Positions 1-11,200 of a DNA stretch of 64,000 bases are shown in pieces (within the stretch, counting starts at the first letter, position 1; every line of letters begins with the position of its first letter). Source of the DNA: Neocallimastix sp. 'constans'. Lineage: Eukaryota. The position numbers were made by a program, and so were the translations under genes. The stretch is taken from NCBI GenBank assembly GCA_050613775.1, contig JBODTK010000148.1, positions 62,001 through 126,000 of the forward strand, given 5' to 3'. The notes beneath the pieces are model-generated. The model did not search any database, was not told the origin of the DNA, and saw only the letters and a program-made list of their open reading frames with translations.

Positions 1-16
1 AACTAAAATAAACTAG

Positions 17-57
<41 letters not shown>

Positions 58-377
58 TATATATATATATATATAATAAACATTAAATAAAAAAAAAAAG
101 AAAATTAAATAAAATAATTAAAATTAAAGAATTACATAAATCATAAAAAGAGGAATTGAAAAATTATTTTATTAATTTAAAACAAAATAAAAGAAAAGAA
201 AAAGAAAAAGAAAATCTTTAAGTTAATTCCAATTTCATAAATTTTAATTTTAATTATTTTTAAATATTTTTTAAATAAATAATACATAAATATTACTTAG
301 ACGAAAAATAAAAAAGAAAAAAAAATACATATATATATATAAATATTCTAGTTTTCAGTAAAAGCTAATAAATAAAA

Positions 378-1685
378 ATGAAGATTTTTACTCTTGTTTT
401 AACTTTATTTGCAACATCTATGGTTTTAGCTTCTACCTTAGATAATTGCAAATCAGAATTAAAGGGATATAGTAAGTGTATTTTTGATTATACAAAGATT
501 TCTTCAAGAAAACTTGATCAATATTGTTCAACTTATAATTCTTCAGAATGCCAAAAATACATTGATAATCCAAAAAAATACGTACCATCATGTTTTAGTT
601 TAGACAGTTCTTACAGAATTGATGATTTAATTCTTTTAAATTATAAAAAAGCTTTATTGAATTTAATATGTCAAAAAGATAATAATGGTAATACATGTTC
701 TATTAGTGAAATATTCTTTGGTAAAGATGTCAGTAGTAATAGTAATGTTAAAAAAATTGTTGATGCTACATGTGCTCAATCAAAATGTAGAGATAAATAT
801 ATTGAGTTTTTAAATGCAAAATATAAACTTGGTGAAAGTAATGATGGTAGTAATTATGGAATATCTAATATTAATCTTAATACTATTTCTAAAATGAAAA
901 ATTATATGGAATCCGGAGAATGCATTAATAAAAACCCTTCAAATACTACAAGTATTAAAAGTAATACTACTACCAGAAATATTCCAACATCTACTGTTTC
1001 AGGAAGATGTGGTCCTGAATATGGTGCTTGCTCGAAAGAAGGACAATGTTGTAGTAAATATGGCTACTGTGGTACAAGTTCTAGTTATTGTGATTCAGGT
1101 TGTCAAGTTGGATATGGTAATTGTTCCAATAATGTACCTCCAAGTGAAACTACAAAACAAATTACTACGACTACCACTACTAATGCTAAAAAACCAACAT
1201 CAACTGTTCCTGGTAAATGTGGTGAAGGTTATGGGGCTTGTCCAAAGGCTGAACAATGTTGTAGTAAGTATGGTTACTGTGGTATTTCCCCTGCTCACTG
1301 TGATAGTGGATGTCAAAGTGAATTTGGTAGATGTAATAATACAACTAGTAAAACAACAAAGAAAACTACTACTACTACCACTACTAAAAATAGAACAACC
1401 ACTACAACAAAGAAAACCACAACTAAAACTACCTCTTCTACTACTAAAAATAGAACTACCACTACTACAAAGAAAACCACAAAGAAAACTACCTCTTCTA
1501 CTACTAAAAAGAGTACTACCACTACTAATAAAATAGCAACAGCTACAGTTTCCGGAAGATGTGGTGGAAGATATGGTGGTGCTTGTGCTAAAGCTGGTAC
1601 CTGCTGTAGTAAATATGGTTATTGTGGTACTGGTAGTGATTACTGTGGTTCTGGTTGTCAATCTGCCTTTGGTGTTTGTTATTAA
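378..1685 (+). CDS. Secreted chitin-binding protein: signal peptide, Cys-rich N-terminal domain, three CBM18 (hevein-like) domains, Thr/Lys-rich linkers
   Basis: 435-aa intronless ORF with a hydrophobic N-terminus (MKIFTLVLTLFATSMVLA). Three copies of the CBM18 pattern CG..yG.C....CCSkyGyCG....yC..GCQ..fG.C. No catalytic domain recognised. Confidence 0.9.
   Translation: MKIFTLVLTLFATSMVLASTLDNCKSELKGYSKCIFDYTKISSRKLDQYCSTYNSSECQKYIDNPKKYVPSCFSLDSSYRIDDLILLNYKKALLNLICQKDNNGNTCSISEIFFGKDVSSNSNVKKIVDATCAQSKCRDKYIEFLNAKYKLGESNDGSNYGISNINLNTISKMKNYMESGECINKNPSNTTSIKSNTTTRNIPTSTVSGRCGPEYGACSKEGQCCSKYGYCGTSSSYCDSGCQVGYGNCSNNVPPSETTKQITTTTTTNAKKPTSTVPGKCGEGYGACPKAEQCCSKYGYCGISPAHCDSGCQSEFGRCNNTTSKTTKKTTTTTTTKNRTTTTTKKTTTKTTSSTTKNRTTTTTKKTTKKTTSSTTKKSTTTTNKIATATVSGRCGGRYGGACAKAGTCCSKYGYCGTGSDYCGSGCQSAFGVCY
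1340..1530 (+). repeat. ~60-bp coding tandem repeat (about 3 copies) encoding the T/K-rich linker
   Basis: ctactaaaaa recurs at 1381, 1441 and 1501 with similar downstream sequence. Confidence 0.8.
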
Positions 1686-2465
1686 TTAATGAATAAAAAT
1701 GTTATTGTGAAAACGAATCGAACCAAAATTAAAAGAAAAAGAAAAAAAAAAAAAAAAAAAAATAGTAATCATTCAAAAATTATTAACCTAATATTACTAT
1801 TAAAAGATGTATAATTAATTAATTAATTAATTAATTAATATTTTTTTTTATTAATAACTCCTATCCATATAAATATTTATTTATATATATATATATTATT
1901 ATTTTCACATTATCTTAATTTTAGATATACAACTTTTATTAATATATATTAATTTAAAAATTAGTAAAACATATATTTATATATATACTTAAAATTTAAT
2001 AATTAGTATAATTTTGTTATATATAATATATTTTAGTAAAGTTTTATTATAAACTGATCTATCCAATTGTTTTAATATTAATTTTTATAACTTTATGATA
2101 ATTATAATGACAACAATATATATTTTTAGTTTATTTTTACTTTTTTTTTTTTTTTTTATATTTTATTATTATTATTTTTTTTTTTTTTTTTTAATTTGAA
2201 ATATTATATTATTAAATATCTATTTTTATCATTTAATTCATATTTAATTTTATATCATACTTTAATTTTTAATATTTTTATAATATATATATATATATAT
2301 ATTTTATATATTTTCTTATTTATATAATTATATTTTAATTTTTTTTTTTTATTTTTTTTTATTTTTATTTTTTTATTTTATTTTATTTCTTTTTTTTTTT
2401 TTTTTTTTTTAATTTTTGAAATAACCTATTATATATTTATAATAATATTTTTTTTATAGAAAAGA

Positions 2466-2509
<44 letters not shown>

Positions 2510-2606
2510 AAAAATAAAAAATAAAATAAAATAAAATAAAAAATATAAAATAAAATAAAATGTAAAAATAAAATAAAATAAAATAAAATAAAATTAAATT
2601 AAAAAT

Positions 2607-2639
<33 letters not shown>

Positions 2640-2829
2640 GAGAGAGAGAGAGAGATAAAGATATATTATATTATTGTTGAATTTGGAAATAAAATGAATA
2701 TTAAATTTTATTAACTATACAACTCTATAGATAATTTTAAACCTTTTTTTTTTCTTTTTTGATAATTTTTTATTATTGATTAAATTGATTTAGAAAAAAT
2801 ATTAAAAAAAAAAATTTTTTTTTTATTAT

Positions 2830-2939
2830 TTATGATTTATTATTTATTATTTATTATTATTTATTATTTATTATTTATTATTTATTATTTATTATTTATT
2901 ATTTATTATTTATTATTTATTATTTATTATTTATTTATT

Positions 2940-2995
<56 letters not shown>

Positions 2996-3207
2996 TTATT
3001 TATTATTTATTATTTATTATTTATTATTTATTATTACTTATTATTTATTATTTATTATTTATTATTTATTATTTATATTATTTATTATTTATTATTTATT
3101 ATTTATTATTTATTATTTATTATTTATTATTTATTATTTATTATTTATTATTACTTATTATTTATTATTTATTATTTATTATTTATTATTTATTATTTAT
3201 TATTTAT
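2830..3207. repeat. (TTATTTA)n/(TTTA)n microsatellite
   Basis: Read directly; explains the spurious IIYYLLF ORF. Confidence 0.9.
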
Positions 3208-3724
3208 GAAAAATCATATTCTATTGATAATAAAAATAATATAAATGGGAAAAGTTAACCAGTTCGTCAAGTGGTGTATTGATATAAATAAATGAATGAA
3301 TAAAAAAATAAAAATTCAAAAAAAAAAAATTTTAATTTAATAATCAATATTTATTTGATAATAATTTTTAAAAGTAATATTCATTGATTATAACTATAAT
3401 AATATTTAATTATAGAGATATTATTTTGATAGTTTGTAAAAGAATCATTAAATAATTACTTATAATATTTAATTATAAAAATAGATTTATAAAGATATAT
3501 TTTAATATTTTGTAAAAAAAAAATATATATATATATATAGATATTTAGATAGATATTAAACTAATTTTTAATTATAACACTGTATATTTTTATATTTTGT
3601 AAAAAAAAAAAAAAAAAAATGATATTACAATAACACTATTTCATTTATAAAAATAAGATTTTTAAAATAATAATATGAATAATATTTAATTTATTGATTT
3701 ATTTATTCATTTAATAATTTTCAA

Positions 3725-3746
3725 TTTGGCGTAATGCCTCATTCTC
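3725..3746. mobile_element. Orphan terminal-inverted-repeat-like motif of the MITE family at 37.4 and 45.3 kb
   Basis: tttggcgtaatgcctcattc resembles the element end ttggcgaaatgcaccacattc. No partner end found. Confidence 0.4.
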
Positions 3747-4559
3747 AATAAAAATTAGAAAAAAAAATAATAATAAAAAATAAAATAAAATAAAATAAAA
3801 TAAAATAAATATTTAATATTTAGATTATCATTAAATATTATTTGTTTTTTATTTCTTAAAGTAAAACTTATCATTACTATTTAATTAAAGGATGTTTCTA
3901 AATCATATAAAAAATTTTTTTTTATAAATTTATTATCATAAATATTAATAAATAATAAATTTTATATATTATTTTATTTTTGGTTTAAATAAAAAAAAAA
4001 TAAAATAAAAAAAATATTAATATGGTAATCTTGCTGTTTTATTTATTTATTTATTTATTTATTTATCTTTTTTTTTATATATTTATTTATTTATTTATTA
4101 TTTTTATTTTCAAATTTTTCTTTATATGATTTTTTCAATAAAAATAATAAAATAATTAAAAAAAAAATTTTTTTTTCTTCTTATTTTACACTTGTAATAA
4201 ATAAATGTAAATTTATTTAATAAATTATTATTTATTTATGTTTTACATTTACATTTATTATTTATAACAATGGTTTTAATTTTTAGTTTTAGATATATTT
4301 TATATTTTATATTTTATATTTTATATTTTATTTTTTATTTTTTATATTTTATATTTTATATTTATATTTATATTTATATTTTATATTTATATATATTTAA
4401 TATTTTTTATTTATTTTTTTATTGATATTTTATTTTTATATATATTTTTATTTCTAAAATTATTTAATCATTTTCACTATATACATTTATTCTATAAAAT
4501 CATACATAATTTTTAATTTTGATTTAATTTTTTTTTTTTTTTTTATATTATATAATTAT

Positions 4560-4629
4560 TTACTATATGATAGCCTTCATCGAAAAATAAAATTAAATAT
4601 ATTTTTCAATAAAGTTTTTATTTTATTTT

Positions 4630-4667
<38 letters not shown>

Positions 4668-4812
4668 CTTAATTTAAATTATTCATTATGATAACCTTTA
4701 TCGAAAAAAAAAAAATTTTTTTCATTTTTTTTTCAATAAAGTTTTTATTTTTTTTTTTTTTTTTTATTCTTAATTTAAATTATTCATTATGATAACCTTC
4801 ATAGAAAAACAA
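4560..4812. repeat. Degenerate ~100-120-bp tandem repeat (3 copies) downstream of the 2630-aa gene
   Basis: tatgata(g/a)cctt(c/t)at(c/a)gaaaaa recurs at ~4567, ~4687 and ~4788. Confidence 0.65.
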
Positions 4813-5296
4813 AAACAACTTTTCAAAAGTTCTATTTTCATGTTAAGGAATTAATAATTTTCAATAAACAATATATTATTCAAACATAATTTTAAAAATA
4901 TTATTTATATTCCTTTTTTTTTTTTTTTTTTTGTATTTATTATTTTCTTTCTTTCTTTTTTGATAGCTTTTCCTCATTTGAATTTTTAAATATTTTTTTT
5001 TTAATTCTGTTTTATATTATTTATTATTTTGTTTTTGCTTTTGTTTTTGTTTTTTTATGTTTATTTGTTTATTTGTTTTCTGTTTTGTTTTGTTTTGTTT
5101 TTTTAATTCTTTTTTGTTTTTTGTTTTTTTGTTTTTTTGTTTTTTTTGTTTTAGTTTTAGTTTTTCCTTTTTTATATATTTATATAATATTTATATTATT
5201 TTTTGTTATTTTGTTTATTAAATAATTAGTAATTATACTTTCCTTCCTCTCCATCATGGTTGAATTTAATCAATAATAATTGATTATCTATAGGAA

Positions 5297-8200
5297 TTAA
5301 TATTTATCCCATTTCATATTTTCAATAGTTAAATTACATTCGTCAAGACAAGGTGTCATGGAATAGTAGAGACATAAATTGACACCATTTTCGTTGGTTA
5401 AAGGATTACCATTCGCATTGTAAACTTCAATAGAATTAGAGTAGGAGCCACCATACATAAATTTATGTTGAGCCTTGGAACAATCAACGACACTAAGGAA
5501 GTTATAACCTTTTCCATTAGTATAGGTACCCAAATCTAAACAATAGTTGGTGGGTTCCCCAACAGTATCATTGACTCCGTCAGATAAATATAAAAGTGAG
5601 GGAGAATTGTCAGAAGTTACAAACCATGTGTGATACTTGCCACTTTCAGTGTCGCTTAATTCATAGATATTAAAATTATTATGTTCTTTCAGCTCTTTAA
5701 CACCTAAGAAATAGTTGGTGATACCGGATAAGGTACCTTTAAATTTTACAGGTGTATAGGTTGTGGACAGTTGGTATTTATCCCATTTCATATTTTCAAT
5801 AGTTAAATTACATTCATCAAGGCATGGGGTCATCGAATAGTAGAGACATAAATTGACACCATTTTCATTGGTTAAAGGATCACCATTTGCATTGTAAACT
5901 TCAATGGAATTAGAGTAGGAGCCACCATACATGAATTTATGTTGTGCTCTCGAACAATCCACCACACTAAGGAAATTGTAACCTTTACCGTTGGTATAGG
6001 TACCTAGATCTAAACAATAATTGGAGGGTTCTCCAATATCATCGTTGGCTCCATCCGATAAATATAAAAGAGAAGGAGACTTGTCGGAGAGGACATGCCA
6101 TGTATGATACTTTGCACTTTCAATATCATTTAAGTCGTAGATATTAAAGTTATCATGTTCTTTCAGCTCTTTCACACCTAAGTAATAGTTTGGGGTACCT
6201 GTTAAGGTTCCTTTAAATCTTAGAGAGATAGAGTTTGTGGTAAGAGTAGCTTTTTCCCAACGCATATTCATGTCATTTTCGGAATTCTTACACTTATCAA
6301 TACCAGGAGTCATCGAATAATAGAGACATACATCATCTCCATTTTTATCCTTGAGATGATCACCATTCTTCTTGTAGACATCAATGGAATTTTCTAAAGA
6401 TTCCCCAAACATAAATTTGTGTTGAACCTTAGCGCAATTAACAACACTAAGGAAATTGTAACCTTTACCATTGGTATAGGTACCTAAATCTAAACAATAA
6501 TTGGTGGGTTTACCGATGTCGTCATTGGCTCCATCCGATAAATACCAAAACGAGGGATATTTAACAGAGGTCACTTGCCATGTATGATATTTGGCACTTT
6601 CAGTATCGTTTATTTCATAAATATTAAAATTATGATGTTCCTTTAACTCCGGAACACCTAAATAATAGTTTGGCGCATACTCTAACGTTCCTTTAAATCT
6701 TAGAGGGGTATAGGTGACTTTGAATATGTAGTTATCCCAATGCATATTAACATCGTCATTTCCGGAATGACGACATTTATCGACACTGGGAGTCATCGAA
6801 TAGTAAAGGCATAAGTCATTACCATCCTTATCTTTAAGGTGATCTCCATTCTTTCCATAGACATCAATAGAATTTTCAAATGATTCGCCAATCTTGAATT
6901 TATGTTGAGCTTCAGAGCAATACACAACACTCAGATAATTGTAACCCTGACTATTGGTATAGTAACCTAAATCTAAACAATAATTGGTGGGTTCACCAAC
7001 CGCTTCATTGGCTCCATCCGATAAATATAAAAGGGAAGGAGAAGTAACGGAGAGGACATGCCATGTACGATATTTTGCACTTTCCATATCATTTAATTCA
7101 TAAATATTAAAATTACCGTATTCTTTTAGTTCAGGAACACCTAAATAATAGTTTATTGTATTTTTTAGGGTTCCTTTAAATCTTAGAGGGGTATAGGTTT
7201 GCGAAGGCGTATATTTATTCCAATGCATATACATACTTTCCTCCAAATTATTACATTTATCAATACTGGGTGTCATGGAGTAGAAAAGACATAAATTATT
7301 ACCATCCTTATCTACTAAATGGTCACCATTATTCATGTAAACATCAATGGAATCAACTAAAGATGCCCCAAACTTAAATTTATGTTGTGCTTTGGAGCAC
7401 CTAACCACACTAAGATAATTATAGCCTTTTCCATTCGTATAGGTACCTAAATCTAAACAATAATTTGTAGGTTCACCAATCTCCTCATTGGCTCCATCAG
7501 ATAAATAGAGAAGGGATGGAGCGTTATCGTCAGAGATGACATGCCAGGTATGATATTTAGCACTGTCAACATCATTTAATTCATAGATATTAAAATTATC
7601 ACGTTCCTTCAATTCCGGAACACCTAAATAATAATTTGTTGTATAGGTTAATGCTCCCTTAAATCGGATAGGTGTATAGGTCACGGTAGGTGTAAATTTA
7701 TTCCAATGCATATTCGATTCCTCTTCTAACTTATTACATTTATCAACACTTGGCGTCATTGAGTAATAAAGACATAAATCATTACCATCCTTATCCTTAA
7801 GATGATCGCCATTCTTCCTGTAGACATCAATAGAATTTTCTAAAGATTCCCCAAACATAAATTTGTGTTGAGCTTTGGAGCAATAGACAACACTAAGATA
7901 ATTATAGCCTTGACTATTAGTGTAAGTACTTAAGTCTAAACAATAATTCGTTAATTTACCATTATCGTTATAGGCTCCATCCGATAAGTACAGAAGAGAA
8001 GGCGAATTAATCGAGGTTACCTGCCAGGTATGATATTTTGCACTTTCCTTATCATTTAATTTATAAATATTTAAATTATAATATTCTTTTAATTCAGGAA
8101 CACCTAAATAATAGTTTATTGTATTTTTTAAAGTTCCTTTAAATCTTATATGGGTATACGTTGCTGTCGGTGTATATTTATCCCAACGCATATTTATATC

Positions 8201-11200
8201 ACTTTCTAAATTATTACATTTATCAACACTAGGAGTCATTGAGTAATAGAGACATAAATAATTACCATCTTTATCGGTTAAATGATCCCCATTGTTCTTG
8301 TAGATATCAATAGAATTCTCCAAAAGCTTTCCAAACATAAATTTATGTTGAGCTTTGGAGCACCTAATCACACTAAGATAGTTATAACCTTGATCATTTG
8401 TAGATATACTTAAATCCAGACAATAATTCGTAGGTTCACCAATATCGTCATTGGCTCCATCAGATAAGTAGAAAAGGGAAGGAGAATCATTAGAGAAAAG
8501 ATACCAGGTATGGTATTTTGCGCTATTAATATCATTTAATTCATGAATATTAAAACTGTCATATTCCTTCAATTCCGGAACACCTAAATAATAGTTCCTT
8601 GTATCTTTTAAAGTTCCCTTAAATCGTTCTGGTGTATAAGTGGCTGCCGGTGTATATTTATCCCAATGCATATTCATAGCATCCTCTATATTATTACATT
8701 TATCAATACTGGGTGTCATGGAGTAGAAAAGACATAAATTATCACCGTTTGCATCCACTAAATGATTACCATTGATTTTGTAAACATCAAGAGAATCAAC
8801 TAAAGATTCCCCAAACATAAATTTATGTTGAGCCTTAGAACAGTCAACCACACTAAGATAGTTATAACCTTTATTGTTGGTGAAGGTACCCAAATCTAGA
8901 CAATAATTCGTAGGTTTACCAATGGCATCGTTGGCTCCATTGGATAAGTATAAAAATGAAGGAGAATTGTCAGAAACGATATGCCAAGTATGATACTTGG
9001 CACTTTCAACGTCATTTAATTTATAAATATTAAAGTTGTTATGTTCTTTCAATTCTGGAACACCTAAATAATAGTTTGTCGTACCCGTTAAGGTTCCTTT
9101 AAATCTTACCGGGGTATAGTTTATTGAAGGAATAAATTTGTTCCATTTCATATTTTCAATAGTTAAATTACATTCATCAAGGCTGGGAGTCATCGAATAA
9201 TAGAGACATAAATTCACGCCATTATCATTGGTTAAAGGATTACCATCCATCGTATAAACTTCAATAGAATTAGAGTAGGAGCCTCCATACAAGAATTTAT
9301 GTTGAGCCTTCGAACAATTAACAACACCAAGGAAGTTGTAACCTTTACCATTGGTATATGTACCTAAATCTAAACAATAGTTGGTGGGTTCACCAATCGC
9401 ATCATTGGCACCATCGGACAAATATAAAAGGGAAGGAATATTAATGGAGGAGACATGCCATGTATGATATTTAGCACTTTCAATATCATTTAATTCGTAG
9501 ATATTAAAGTTATTATGCTCTTTCAATTCCGGTACACCCAAATAATAATTTGTTGTATAGGATAATGCTCCCTTAAATCGGATAGGTATTGAGTTTGTTG
9601 TGAGCGAAGACTTATCCCAATGCATATTTATTTCATTTTCGGAATTCTTACATTTATCAATACTGGGTGTCATCGAATATAAAAGACACACATTATCGCC
9701 ATCTTTATCCGTGAGATGGTCGCCATTCATTTTGTAGACATCAATAGAATCGACTAAAGAGTCTCCAAACATAAATTTATGTTGAGCTTTGGAGCAGTCA
9801 ACCACACTAAGATAATTATAGCCTTTACCATTGGTATACGTACCTAAGTCTAAACAATAGTTGGTGGGTTCACCAATATCGTCATTGGCACCATCGGACA
9901 AATATAAAAATGAAGGAGCATTAATAGAGGTGACATGCCATGTATGATATTTAGCACTTTCGGTATCATTCAATTCATAAATATTAAAATTGTTGTGTTC
10001 TTTCAATTCCGGAACACCCAAAAAATAATTTACTGCATTATTTAAAGTTCCTTTAAATCTCATAGGAATATAGGTTGCTGTAGGTATAAATTCATCCCAA
10101 CGCATGTTTATATTGTTATCTAAATTTCTACATTTATTGATACTAGGAGTCATGGCGTAATAAATACATAAATAATCACCATTTTTATCGGTTAGATGAT
10201 TGCCATCCTTTTTGTAAACATCAATGGAATTGTCTAAAGATTCTCCATACAGAAATTTATGTTGAGCCTTGGAACATTCAACTACACTAAGATAATTATA
10301 GTCTTGATCATTTAAATAGGTACTTATGTCTAAACAGTAATTGGTGGGTTTTCCATTATCATAAAAAGTACCATCAGATAAATATAAAAAGGAAGGAGCA
10401 TTATCTGAGACTACATACCATGTACGATATTTAGTACTTTCAATATTATTTAATTCATAGATATTAAAATTATTATATTCTTTCAATTCCGGAACACCTA
10501 AATAATGGTTTGTTGAGATTCCTTTAAATCTTATAGGTGTATAAGTTGCTGTGAGTACATATTTATCCCAATGCATATTTTCATCATTTTGAGAATTATT
10601 ACATTTATCAATACTTGGAGTCATGGAGTAATAAAGACATAAATAATTACCCTTTTTATCCTTTAAACGATTACCATTCTTCGTGTAAACATCAATAGTA
10701 TTATTTAAAGTTTTTCCATAGAGAAATTTATGTTGAGCTTTAGAACATTCAACAACACTAAGATAATTATAGCCTTGACCATTTAAAGAGATACTTAAAT
10801 CTAAACAGTAATTTGTTGGTTCTCCAATATTACCAAAAGTACCAGTGGATAAATATAAAAGTGAAGGTGTTTCATCACTGGAAATATGCCACGTACGGTA
10901 TTTTGCACTAGTTGAATCCTTTCCATTACTAATAGAAATTTTAGTGTATTCTTTTAATTCCGGAACTCCTAAATATTGATTAGAATCATTATTTAACATA
11001 CCCTTATATTTGACAGTTGTATATTTAAGATCAACATTATATTTGTTCCAACTCATATTTTCCTCACTACTTGAAAGGCTACATTTATCAAGTTTTGGTG
11101 TCATTGAGTAAAAAAGACATAAGTCATTTTTATCACTATCGGTAAGATGATTATCATTCAAATCGTAGACATCAATAGAATTTGAAAAGGACTTTCCATA

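Noticed and set aside
1009..1661. Three ORFs overlapping the CBM18 gene
   Set aside because: Alternate-frame or antisense shadows of a repetitive coding region.
2832..3209. IIYYLLF-type and FILFY-type ORFs (also at 17551, 17600, 37492, 45306-45868)
   Set aside because: Translations of microsatellites or MITE interiors.
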